A stretch of 64,000 bases of DNA from Chitinophagaceae bacterium (GTDB lineage: Bacteria; Bacteroidota; Bacteroidia; Chitinophagales; Chitinophagaceae): the NCBI GenBank assembly GCA_947452965.1, contig CANGEW010000004.1, forward strand, positions 22,955-86,954. Direction: 5' to 3'. This document shows positions 51,769 through 61,258 of this stretch, piece after piece (the first letter of the stretch is position 1; each line of letters opens with the position of its first letter). Under the pieces are notes generated by a model that was given only the letters and a program-made list of their open reading frames with translations, was not told the origin of the DNA and did not search any database. A program made the position numbers and the translations under genes.

Positions 51769-51785
51769 GGTAAAAAATACATTGT

Positions 51786-52913
51786 ATGAGTCGAATCTAT
51801 TTTGATAATGCAGCTACTACCACACTGGATTCAGCCGTGTTAGAAACCATGATGCCTTATCTTACAGAAAAATTTGGTAATCCCTCATCAATATATTCAT
51901 ACGGCCGAGAAACAAAAATGGCTATAGAGAATGCAAGAAAGACCGTCGCTAAAATTTTACAGGCTCATCCAGCAGAAATATTTTTTACAAGTGGGGGAAC
52001 TGAAAGTAATAACACGGCCATACAAACAGCAGTGCGCGATTTAGGATGTACACATATTATTACTTCATTAATAGAACATCATGCTGTTACGCATACAGTT
52101 GAGCACCTGGCACATCTGCATAATATCAAAGTGAGTTATGTGAACTTACTTTCTAATGGACACATTGATTTGCAACATTTGGAAAAACTATTATCCGAAC
52201 AAAAAGGTAAAACGCTAGTTAGTTTGATGCATGCCAACAATGAAATTGGTAACATACTAGATATACATGCAGTTGGCAATCTTTGTAAAAAATTTCAGGC
52301 GGTATTTCACAGTGATACGGTTCAAACAGTGGGTCATTTTCCTTTCGACTTACGAAATACACCCATTCACTTCATAACAGGCGCAGCTCATAAGTTTCAT
52401 GGTCCTAAAGGAGTTGGTCTATTGTATATCAATGAAAATGTTCGCATCAAGCCATTTATTTTTGGAGGAGGGCAAGAAAGAAATATGCGTGCCGGAACTG
52501 AAAATTTATATGGTATTGTAGGATTTGCAAAGGCGTTAGAATTAGCCTCCATTCATTACGAAAAAGATCGTGCTTACATAGAAGGGCTAAAAAAATACAT
52601 GCATGATCAACTTGTAAAAAAAATCGCAGGTATTCAATTCAATGGGGATACTTTTGGAAATAGTTTGTATACAGTATTGAGTGTGAGTTTTCCTAAAACA
52701 GAAAAATCAGAAATGTTGTTGTTTAATTTAGATATTAATAACATCTGTGCAAGTGGGGGAAGTGCTTGTTCTTCCGGTGCGGATGCAGGTAGTCATGTTA
52801 TTCGTGCCATTAACAACAATCCAAATCAAATTACGGTAAGATTCAGTTTTAGTAAAAACAATACAACTACAGAAATTGATAATGTTGTTGATAAGCTATC
52901 TGAGTTACTATAA
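51786..52913 (+). CDS. iscS: Cysteine desulfurase (IscS/NifS group I)
   Basis: YFDNAATT, GNPSS, TSGGTE, AHKFHGPKG, RAGTEN, SGGSACSSG. Confidence 0.92.
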   Translation: MSRIYFDNAATTTLDSAVLETMMPYLTEKFGNPSSIYSYGRETKMAIENARKTVAKILQAHPAEIFFTSGGTESNNTAIQTAVRDLGCTHIITSLIEHHAVTHTVEHLAHLHNIKVSYVNLLSNGHIDLQHLEKLLSEQKGKTLVSLMHANNEIGNILDIHAVGNLCKKFQAVFHSDTVQTVGHFPFDLRNTPIHFITGAAHKFHGPKGVGLLYINENVRIKPFIFGGGQERNMRAGTENLYGIVGFAKALELASIHYEKDRAYIEGLKKYMHDQLVKKIAGIQFNGDTFGNSLYTVLSVSFPKTEKSEMLLFNLDINNICASGGSACSSGADAGSHVIRAINNNPNQITVRFSFSKNNTTTEIDNVVDKLSELL

Positions 52914-52919
52914 TGATTT

Positions 52920-53966
52920 TTAGAACTGGTATCCAAGCATGCCTACTACTTCTTTTGGTAATGCTGGCAATTTTTTTCGGTCAATCAAAAAGCTGTTTAA
53001 CTGTGATATTTCTTTAAAGATATAATGCTTTTCCATCGCGCCTTGCAAATAACCCGCGCCTGTACTTCCTCCTGTTCCTACACGGCTTCCAATCATTCGT
53101 CTAACCATATTGATATGCCTGCTTCTCCAATTGCCCATTTGATTGTCAAGTTCAAGTAGTGTGTCCAACAGTTGAAAAGGCAATTCTAAAATTGGGTATC
53201 CTCTATATAACATGATAAATAAAGCTGATTTACAGGCATTTGAACTGAGCTGTCGATCTGAATTTTTGTTTTGATGGTAGAATATCTCTTTGAACAAATG
53301 ACTGTTTTGTAGTTCATTTTCAGACAAGCCATTATTGTAAATATTTTCATAGTCGCTCCAAAAAGGGTGTTCGTTGATTTTATTGAATTGGAGTGAGTAA
53401 TGATTCCATACATTTTCATCCTTCAAAAATGGCATTCTTTCGAGCCATGTATTTACCAATTGAATAAGGGAAGCTTCTTTTTCGGCGGATTTTATTTTTT
53501 CAATATCTGATTGATTGAGCTGAGAGGTATAGTAGGATTGACCATGTCGGTGCTCAAATTGTAATCCTAGCTTTGCTTCAATTATTTTAAATTGAAAACT
53601 TTGAAAGCCAGATGCGGGTCTTAAAAGATCTCTAAAATCCAAGAAATCCATAGGGGTCATTGTTTCTAAAATTTCCATCTGTTGTACCAGTGTTTTAAAA
53701 ATGGTACTGATTCTTTTTAAACGATGCACTACCGTTTGTAAATCGGCAGAATTGTCGTTTAGTGAGGGTTTGTTTAGAATATTGGTAGCACTATCTAATT
53801 CGAATAGAATTTGTTTAAACCATAGTTCATAGGTTTGATGAATAATGATAAACAACATCTCATCATGAGCGGGCTGTTTTCCTTCTTTAAAACTTTCCGG
53901 CTCTTGCGCATGAATGATTTTATCCAATTGAAGATATTCGCCATAGTAAACAGGGGCTTGTTTCAT
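52920..53966 (-). CDS. kynA: Tryptophan 2,3-dioxygenase (long form)
   Basis: YGEYLQLD, HDEMLFIIIHQTYELWFK, PASGFQS.QF, WRSRH..MV.RMIG, GTGGS. Confidence 0.95.
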   Translation of the reverse strand: MKQAPVYYGEYLQLDKIIHAQEPESFKEGKQPAHDEMLFIIIHQTYELWFKQILFELDSATNILNKPSLNDNSADLQTVVHRLKRISTIFKTLVQQMEILETMTPMDFLDFRDLLRPASGFQSFQFKIIEAKLGLQFEHRHGQSYYTSQLNQSDIEKIKSAEKEASLIQLVNTWLERMPFLKDENVWNHYSLQFNKINEHPFWSDYENIYNNGLSENELQNSHLFKEIFYHQNKNSDRQLSSNACKSALFIMLYRGYPILELPFQLLDTLLELDNQMGNWRSRHINMVRRMIGSRVGTGGSTGAGYLQGAMEKHYIFKEISQLNSFLIDRKKLPALPKEVVGMLGYQF

Positions 53967-53987
53967 ATTGTTTTTTTAATTGAAATA

Positions 53988-55724
53988 TTATCTTAAAAGG
54001 AGCGTGGTTCCTTTTCTATTGATCCATTGTTTTTTTTGAGTGTCAAAATAATTTAAAAACCAAACATAGGTTCCTTGTTCCATGGCTATATTGTTGTAGT
54101 TCCCATCCCATTTTTTTGTCCAATTTTCTGTATAAAAAACTCTTTGTCCATATCTATTGTAAACAGCAAATTTCAGGTTCGCTGCATTGTAGGCATTCAA
54201 GGGGTATAAATAATCATTGATGCCGTCTAAATTGGGTGTAAATGCATTTGGAACGTCAATATAGCAATTGCTCAGTATATTGATATTTTTTGAAACGCGA
54301 CTACTGCATCCAATTTTATTAGTTATGGAGAGTTTTAGGGGAATTATATAATTCCCAGTTGTATTGGATGGATAAAATTGAATGTGTCTTGTTGGATTCG
54401 TTTCGGTAAGGGTGTTGCCTAAGCCAAAGTCCCAATTATATTGAATGATGCTATCGCCTATGCTTAGATTTTGAATGATGGCACTATCATTAGGACATAT
54501 TAATTGACTTGCTTCAAAATTGGCCTTGAGGGTATTGAAAAGATATAGATTTTTTATTGAAATTTCACTACATCCGTATTGATTGGTTGCTTCTAATTTT
54601 ATTTCTTTATTTCCAAATACTGAATAAATTAATTGAGGAGTTGGGGAGTTGAGATTGGGCATCAGTTGATTATCTAAACTCCATTTATAATTTTGAATCC
54701 CTGAAGTATCGATTACGTTGCATAGAACCGTATCGAATTTGCAGCCATACTTTATGGTGTAATTAAAATCAGCCTTCATTCTTTTTGCAGAATAAAAAGG
54801 ACCAATTTCTTCATTTTCACGTATGGCATTATCGCAGTAATCAAGTAGGGTGTTCCCATCGGCACCTTTTTTTACTCTTAATTTATAATATCCTACCGGT
54901 AATATGGTGTCTAAATTTATCGTAATTGAGTTGAAGTCAAATCCGTTGGAACAGCCATTTCCAGTAACACTTAATATATTGGGAATGGTTCCGCTTATAG
55001 GTCCGACAGGAATTAACGAAAATTCAATAATTCCTTGTTTTGTTAAACTGCTGCATTTTACTTCTTTGCTGAGCTTTATTGTTATGCTTTTGCTTTTGCA
55101 TTGTTCTACATTGGCTTGAAGTAATTTTGGGGGTGTAGTGTCTGTAATATTTTTTGCCCCTTCTTTAAAGGTTAATGAGTAACCGCTTTGAGAATTTGAA
55201 TAATGACTTACCAAAAGAAGATATTCATGTCCTTGAATAATAAAGGGTAAGCTTGAAAAAGTGGGGGCGTTAGCGGATGGGCTGGATGCGCATTGAATAA
55301 AATTGGCCCCAGTGCTGGAAGCGCCGGTTGCGCCATAACTACCTGACCAATTTCCAGCAACTACTAATGATCCATCTTGAAAAACATCTGTTGGGAGGTG
55401 GCCAGTAATATCAAATAATTGCCAATCATAATCGTCGGAACTGTTGATAGGAGTTATAGTGAACCCTAGACTTCCGCTTTGATAACATTTAAATTTATAC
55501 CAAAAAGGATTTTTGTTTGCATAGTTTGTAGTTTGATTATTGGTGCATCCCGGCACAGGTAAATCATCTGTTTTACAGATCGGTACATTTTTTTGAAAAA
55601 AAGCTGTAGTGCCACAAATCGGAAAAGCAGTATTGGGCATTTGCCCTAAGCTGTCACAACTTTGTGCCATAACAGTACTTGAAAAAAAATATCCCAGTAG
55701 AAAAAAAACTAAAATACTACGCAT
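53988..55724 (-). CDS. Secreted PKD-domain protein with a T9SS type-B C-terminal domain
   Basis: Signal peptide; WYKFKC..SG.LGFTI.P...DDYDW; YNWDFG PKD; VPNAFTPNLDGIND..YNRYGQ..WDG..GTYVW..GTTLLLR. Confidence 0.88.
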   Translation of the reverse strand: MRSILVFFLLGYFFSSTVMAQSCDSLGQMPNTAFPICGTTAFFQKNVPICKTDDLPVPGCTNNQTTNYANKNPFWYKFKCYQSGSLGFTITPINSSDDYDWQLFDITGHLPTDVFQDGSLVVAGNWSGSYGATGASSTGANFIQCASSPSANAPTFSSLPFIIQGHEYLLLVSHYSNSQSGYSLTFKEGAKNITDTTPPKLLQANVEQCKSKSITIKLSKEVKCSSLTKQGIIEFSLIPVGPISGTIPNILSVTGNGCSNGFDFNSITINLDTILPVGYYKLRVKKGADGNTLLDYCDNAIRENEEIGPFYSAKRMKADFNYTIKYGCKFDTVLCNVIDTSGIQNYKWSLDNQLMPNLNSPTPQLIYSVFGNKEIKLEATNQYGCSEISIKNLYLFNTLKANFEASQLICPNDSAIIQNLSIGDSIIQYNWDFGLGNTLTETNPTRHIQFYPSNTTGNYIIPLKLSITNKIGCSSRVSKNINILSNCYIDVPNAFTPNLDGINDYLYPLNAYNAANLKFAVYNRYGQRVFYTENWTKKWDGNYNNIAMEQGTYVWFLNYFDTQKKQWINRKGTTLLLR

Positions 55725-55746
55725 GTGTAATAATCAGAGGTTTATT

Positions 55747-58347
55747 TTAATTCAGTTTGTTTTTTATTTCTTGTATTTTAAGCAGGGCTTCTACCGGAGT
55801 AAGTCTGTTTATGTCTAACTCTTTCAATAAGGATCTTATTTCTTCAAAAGTTACTGAATGAGCATCAAAAATACTCAACTGTATTTTTGGACTAGAGGAA
55901 AGTAGCGGGGCTGTTTTTCCGTTAGCAGCGTGGCTATCTCTGCTTGCTTCTAGTTGTTGAAGGATTTCATTTGCTCTATTGATTAATTCAGTTGGCATGC
56001 CTGCCATTCTTGCTACATGAATACCGAAGCTATGGGTACTGCCGCCTTTTGCCAGTTTTCTTAAAAATATCACTTTGTTGCCTACTTCTTTATTCGTGAT
56101 ATGATAATTCTTTACCCTTTCGAATTGATTTTCTAATTCATTTAATTCATGATAATGCGTAGCAAATAGTGTTTTGGGTTGATAGCTGGATTGGTGCAAA
56201 AACTCTGCGATACTCCAAGCTATTGAGATCCCATCATAGGTAGAGGTGCCTCTGCCTATTTCATCTAAAATAATCAGACTTTTTTCTGTGAGATTATTAA
56301 TGATACTTGCCGTTTCGTTCATCTCAACCATAAAAGTACTTTCACCTCCACTTAGATTATCAGAAGCACCCACACGGGTAAAAATCTTGTCAGTTAATGG
56401 GATAGTTGCAGTACTCGCTGGCACAAAGCTTCCCATGTGAGCCAGGAGCGTAATCAAGGCAGTTTGTCGTAACACGGCACTTTTGCCACTCATATTAGGA
56501 CCGGTTAGAATAATAATTTGTTGTGAGACAGCATCCAAAGAGATGTCATTCGTAATATAAGATTCACCGATTGGCAAGTTTCTTTCAATTACAGGGTGTC
56601 TGCTATCTTTCAACACTAATTCTTTTCCACTATGCAAGTTTGGCTTTTTGTATTGGTAATTGATGGCATTATTTGCAAAGCAATGTAAACAGTCTAATAC
56701 GGCAAGTACCTGGCCATTTAATTGCATTGCACCAATATAGTCCTGTAATTCATTTAGTAATTCTTGGAATAATTGCTGTTCAATTTGAATTATTTTTTCT
56801 TCTGCCCCCATGATCTTTTCTTCATATACTTTTAATTCTGGGGTGATATATCTTTCGGCATTGGTAAGTGTTTGTTTTCTTATCCAAGTATCGGGCACTT
56901 TGTCTTTATGTACATTGGTAACCTCTAAATAATATCCAAATACGTTATTGAAACTAATTTTCAGAGAAGATATTCCTGTGTTGGCAGATTCTTTTTGTTG
57001 CAGTTCAATCAGGTAGTTTTTTCCGCCGCTAGATATTTTTCTGAGTTCATCTAATTCTTGATGTATGCCAGCAGCAATTAGTCCGCCTTTATTAATAGCA
57101 GCAGGAGGGTTTTCATTAATTTCTTTTGTGATCTTATCTTGAATGTATTGACATGGGTTTAAAGAATCACCTAATCTTTTTAAATATTCACTGTTGGCGT
57201 GTCCACATATTTCTTTGATAAAAGCGCATTGTTGAAGTCCTTTAGCCACTTGCAATACTTCTCGGGGGTTTATTTTTTTTAACGGGATTTTTGCAGCGAG
57301 TCTTTCTATATCGCCGGCCTGTTTGATGTGTTGCGCAACAGTTGTTCTGATTTCATTTTGAGAAACTAAATAGTCAACTGTATCTAATCTTTCGTTTATT
57401 CTTGAGATGTCATTCAAAGGCATTAACATCCATCTTTTTAATAAGCGAGCTCCCATAGGAGAAATCGTTGTGTTGATAGTATTAAAAAGCGTGTGATCTT
57501 TGTCGTTATGACTCATTAATTCAAGATTTCTAATCGTGAATCGGTCCATCCACAAATGATCGTTTCTGTTGATTCTTTGAATAGAAGTGATGTGTTGTAG
57601 ATTCGGATGTTCCGTATCTTTTAAATAATGCAAAATGGCACCTGACGCAATAATACCAGCTGTGAGTTCTTCTACCCCAAATCCTTTTAAGCTATTGGTT
57701 CCGAATTGACGTAATAAGTTTTCTGTTGCATAAGATTCGGAAAAAATCCATTCATCTAATAAGTACGTAAAAAATTCACTACCAAAATTCTCTTTGAATA
57801 GCGTTTGTTTATTTCGTTGGTAAATAATCTCTGCGGGCTGTAAACTTCTTAAAAGTTTATCAACGTAGTCTTTATCACCTTCTGCAATAAAAAATTCTCC
57901 AGTAGAGATATCTAAAAAAGCCACACCCAATTGATTGTTTTCAAAATGCAATGCTGCTAAGAAATTGTTGCTATTGTGTTCCAGTAATTTATCATTTGTA
58001 GCTACACCGGGGGTTACTAACTCGGTAACACCTCTCTTCACAATTCCTTTTACTGATTTAGGGTCTTCTAACTGATCACAAATCGCCACTCGGTATCCCG
58101 CTTTTACAAGCTTATGCAAATAAGTATCCAATGCATGATGCGGGAATCCAGCCAATTCTAATGAAGCGGCATTTCCGTTATTTCTTTTAGTGAGTGTAAT
58201 GCCCAAAACAGCTGCTGAATTAACCGCATCTTGTCCAAATGTTTCATAAAAATCGCCTACCCTAAATAGCAAAATCGCATCAGGGTATCTTGCCTTGATT
58301 GCATTATGCTGTTGCATTAAGGGAGTTTCTCCGGAAGCCTTTGCCAT
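55747..58347 (-). CDS. mutS: DNA mismatch repair protein MutS
   Basis: TPLMQQ, FRVGDFYETF, TGPNMSGKS, GESTFMVEM, DEIGRGTST, FATHYHEL, SFGIHVA. Confidence 0.98.
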   Translation of the reverse strand: MAKASGETPLMQQHNAIKARYPDAILLFRVGDFYETFGQDAVNSAAVLGITLTKRNNGNAASLELAGFPHHALDTYLHKLVKAGYRVAICDQLEDPKSVKGIVKRGVTELVTPGVATNDKLLEHNSNNFLAALHFENNQLGVAFLDISTGEFFIAEGDKDYVDKLLRSLQPAEIIYQRNKQTLFKENFGSEFFTYLLDEWIFSESYATENLLRQFGTNSLKGFGVEELTAGIIASGAILHYLKDTEHPNLQHITSIQRINRNDHLWMDRFTIRNLELMSHNDKDHTLFNTINTTISPMGARLLKRWMLMPLNDISRINERLDTVDYLVSQNEIRTTVAQHIKQAGDIERLAAKIPLKKINPREVLQVAKGLQQCAFIKEICGHANSEYLKRLGDSLNPCQYIQDKITKEINENPPAAINKGGLIAAGIHQELDELRKISSGGKNYLIELQQKESANTGISSLKISFNNVFGYYLEVTNVHKDKVPDTWIRKQTLTNAERYITPELKVYEEKIMGAEEKIIQIEQQLFQELLNELQDYIGAMQLNGQVLAVLDCLHCFANNAINYQYKKPNLHSGKELVLKDSRHPVIERNLPIGESYITNDISLDAVSQQIIILTGPNMSGKSAVLRQTALITLLAHMGSFVPASTATIPLTDKIFTRVGASDNLSGGESTFMVEMNETASIINNLTEKSLIILDEIGRGTSTYDGISIAWSIAEFLHQSSYQPKTLFATHYHELNELENQFERVKNYHITNKEVGNKVIFLRKLAKGGSTHSFGIHVARMAGMPTELINRANEILQQLEASRDSHAANGKTAPLLSSSPKIQLSIFDAHSVTFEEIRSLLKELDINRLTPVEALLKIQEIKNKLN

Positions 58348-58353
58348 AGCCAA

Positions 58354-58361
58354 CAAATTTA
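58354..58361 (-). promoter_or_regulatory. -7 promoter element (TAAATTTG) for mutS
   Basis: TAnnTTTG, 6 nt upstream of ATG 58347. Confidence 0.6.
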
Positions 58362-58499
58362 CAATTTACCTTTTGATTATTCTAACTCTTTTCTAATACT
58401 TATTCGATTACTCATGATTTCTTTTGCTCAACGTCATACGATTAACATTAATTTTTCAATTTAGTTTTAGTTTGTCAATCAAAAGGCTTGTTTTTGCTA

Positions 58500-58507
58500 T
58501 ATCTTTG
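58500..58507 (+). promoter_or_regulatory. -7 promoter element (TATCTTTG) for lolA
   Basis: TAnnTTTG, 17 nt upstream of the ATG. Confidence 0.65.
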
Positions 58508-58524
58508 CCCCGAAAATTTTTAAA

Positions 58525-59184
58525 ATGAGACATATCCTTACAACAATATTTATTTGCGCTTCTTTTTTAGTATCTCAAGCACAAATCCCAAAAGGAATGG
58601 GAAAAAGCGATGCTCAGGCTAAGGTTATTTTGGATGCTGTTAGTGCCAAGTTTAAAGCTTACAAATCTGTACAAGCTAATTTTCAACTGGTAATACAAAA
58701 TGCTGCCGGGAAAAATATGGGCAACAAAAAGGGAGTTGTTTCAATGAAAGGAATGAAATATCAAGTTAATTTAACTGGGCAAGAAATTTATTCTGACGGT
58801 ACTAATATTTGGAATTACGACAAATCTTCTAATGAAGTAACCATCAATAAATTTGATCCAAGTGCCAACTCAATTACCCCTCAAAAATTATTTACCAATT
58901 TTTATGATAAAGATTTTTTATATAAACTCAATGGTGATGTAAAGGAGGGTGGAAAAATGATGCAGGAGATAGAATTAACACCAGTAGATAAAACCAAACC
59001 TTTTTTTAAAGTATTGTTGTATATAGATAAGTCTACTATTTACACTACCAAGGTTTTTGAAAAAAATGGCAATAGATACACGTATAGCATTAGCAATATG
59101 AAAACTAATACAGTTATTGCAGATAACCTCTTTGTTTTTGATGAGAAGAAGCATCCAGGAGTAGAAGTGGTAGATTTAAGATAA
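58525..59184 (+). CDS. lolA: Outer-membrane lipoprotein carrier protein, LolA family
   Basis: Signal peptide; SDGTNIWNY....NEVTI; F.FD..KHPGVEVVDLR C-terminus typical of Bacteroidota LolA. Confidence 0.88.
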   Translation: MRHILTTIFICASFLVSQAQIPKGMGKSDAQAKVILDAVSAKFKAYKSVQANFQLVIQNAAGKNMGNKKGVVSMKGMKYQVNLTGQEIYSDGTNIWNYDKSSNEVTINKFDPSANSITPQKLFTNFYDKDFLYKLNGDVKEGGKMMQEIELTPVDKTKPFFKVLLYIDKSTIYTTKVFEKNGNRYTYSISNMKTNTVIADNLFVFDEKKHPGVEVVDLR

Positions 59185-59185
59185 T

Positions 59186-59743
59186 TTACTTACCCCACCT
59201 AAAGCTTTCGTTTTGTAATCCAGCAAGATCAATGACTCTGTCAACAACGGTCGCTGCCACCTCATTGATTGTTTTGGGCATACTATAAAAAGATGGGGTT
59301 GCTGGACAAATGATGCCGCCGGCCAAGGTAATGGTTTCCATGTTTTTGATATGAATCAAGTTATAGGGAGTTTCCCTGGCCACACAAATCAATTTCCTTC
59401 GTTCTTTTAATATCACATCTGCGGCACGGGTTATTAAATCATTGGATACGCCTTGTGCGATTCTTCCTAATGTACCCATACTACAAGGGATAATGATCAT
59501 GGTGTTATATTGGCCAGATCCTGATGCAAACGGTGCATGAAAATCCTGTTGTCCATAATATTTTACAGGCAAGTTTTGATAGCTTTCATCTCCAATCTCT
59601 GTATGCCATACTTCTTTGGCATTGGTTGTCATTAATAATGACAATTCTTCTATTGAGTGACTTAGCTTCAAAAGTTTTTCTATCAATACTTTAGCATAAA
59701 TAGAACCACTCGCACCTGTAACGGCTACAACAATCTTTTGCAT
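59186..59743 (-). CDS. ubiX: Flavin prenyltransferase UbiX
   Basis: VTGASG..YA, ASGS, PCSMGTL, RAADV.LKE.RKL, RETP, PSFY. Confidence 0.94.
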   Translation of the reverse strand: MQKIVVAVTGASGSIYAKVLIEKLLKLSHSIEELSLLMTTNAKEVWHTEIGDESYQNLPVKYYGQQDFHAPFASGSGQYNTMIIIPCSMGTLGRIAQGVSNDLITRAADVILKERRKLICVARETPYNLIHIKNMETITLAGGIICPATPSFYSMPKTINEVAATVVDRVIDLAGLQNESFRWGK

Positions 59744-59891
59744 AATTTAATTAGCTTTTCAAATATTAAGAACAAACCTTTTGAAATAAAGTTTACTGTA
59801 TTTTCAAGAACATTCATTCAAAATTAAGCCAAAGAAATTCTTTTTCCCATAGACTATAGATATATTGTAACTTGATATTCAAATAATCGGT

Positions 59892-61244
59892 ATGCTTCAA
59901 AGAAAAATAAGTCTTTTTCAGGCTACGGTGCTCAATATGATTGATATGGTGGGGATTGGGCCTTTCGTTACGTTGCCTCTAATTATGGCATTTATTGGCA
60001 ATATGTATTTGTATGCTTGGATTGCTGGGGCCGTTCTATCTATGGTCGATGCCATGATATGGAGTGAATTGGGGGCCGCTTTTCCCTTGGCAGGTGGTAG
60101 TTTTAATTTTTTGAGTGAAGCCTATGGATATAATAAAGCTGGCAAAATGATGAGTTTTTTGTACGTGTGGCAAACGATTATTCAGGCACCTTTAGTTGCC
60201 GCGTCTGCTGCTATTGGTTTTTCATCATATCTGTTGTATTTAATCCCCAACATGAGTGAAGTGCAACAAAAATTAGTTTCTGGTTTCGTAATTATTTTCA
60301 TTACGGCTCTCTTGTATCGAAAAATAGAAAAAATCGGCATGATTGGTGTTTTTTTATGGATAGGTGTTTTAGCAACCTTGTGTTGGATCATTTGGGGAGG
60401 TATTTCTCATGGTAATATTTTACTGCCTTTCAAAGAAATCTCTCATAATTTCAGTTGGAATGTTCTAATATCATTTGCATTTGGTCAGGCTTGTGTAAAA
60501 TCAATCTACAGCTATCTTGGGTATTACAACGTTTGTCATTTAGGAGGCGAAATCAAAAACCCTATAAAAAATATCCCCAAAAGTATGTTCATCTCTATTA
60601 TAGGAATAACCGTTCTGTACATTTTGATGAATGCAAGTGTGGCATCGGTTATACCTTGGCAGGAAATAAAAGCTTGGCAAGATAATGGTAAGAATACCTT
60701 TGTAGTAAGTGTGTTTATTGAAAGATTATATGGAGTAGCCGCAGCTAAATTAGCAACGGGAATGATATTGTGGGTCGCTTTAGCTTCTTTATTTGCAGTA
60801 CTTTTGGGCTATTCACGCGTGCCGTATGCAGCTGCTGTGAAAGGCAACTTTTTTAAGATATTTGCAAAGCTCCATCCAACCAAAAACTTCCCCTATGTAT
60901 CCTTGTTAGTTATGTCGATTTTAGCATTTTTCTTTAGCTTGTTATTCAGAATGTCGGAAGTTATTAGCGCTATTTTAGCCATGAGAATCATTATTCAATT
61001 TATAGGGCAAGCAATAGGTGTAGTGTTATTAAGAAAAAGAAGGGGAGTTGAAAGTCTCCCTTATAAAATGCCTTTGTATCCATTGCCCGTTGTATTAGCT
61101 ATCCTAATGTGGTTGTTGATTTTTTATGCCACAGGATTAAAAGTAGCCAGTACATTTTTTATCGTATTGGGTACAGGCTTGTTAGTCTATTTAATAAAAT
61201 CAAAATGGTCGAATGAATGGCCGTTTGAAAAACAGAAGCAATAA
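59892..61244 (+). CDS. APC-family amino acid permease
   Basis: DMVGIGPF, SELGAAFPLAGG, YLGY..VCHLGGEIKNP, YSRVPYA; about 12 TM segments. Confidence 0.9.
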   Translation: MLQRKISLFQATVLNMIDMVGIGPFVTLPLIMAFIGNMYLYAWIAGAVLSMVDAMIWSELGAAFPLAGGSFNFLSEAYGYNKAGKMMSFLYVWQTIIQAPLVAASAAIGFSSYLLYLIPNMSEVQQKLVSGFVIIFITALLYRKIEKIGMIGVFLWIGVLATLCWIIWGGISHGNILLPFKEISHNFSWNVLISFAFGQACVKSIYSYLGYYNVCHLGGEIKNPIKNIPKSMFISIIGITVLYILMNASVASVIPWQEIKAWQDNGKNTFVVSVFIERLYGVAAAKLATGMILWVALASLFAVLLGYSRVPYAAAVKGNFFKIFAKLHPTKNFPYVSLLVMSILAFFFSLLFRMSEVISAILAMRIIIQFIGQAIGVVLLRKRRGVESLPYKMPLYPLPVVLAILMWLLIFYATGLKVASTFFIVLGTGLLVYLIKSKWSNEWPFEKQKQ

Positions 61245-61258
61245 ATATTGGAAGGTTC

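Noticed and set aside
58369-58486. 10-bp inverted repeat CCTTTTGATT...AATCAAAAGG spanning the mutS-lolA intergenic region (possible MITE)
   Set aside because: Short and AT-rich, with no target-site duplication and no second copy seen; plausible by chance
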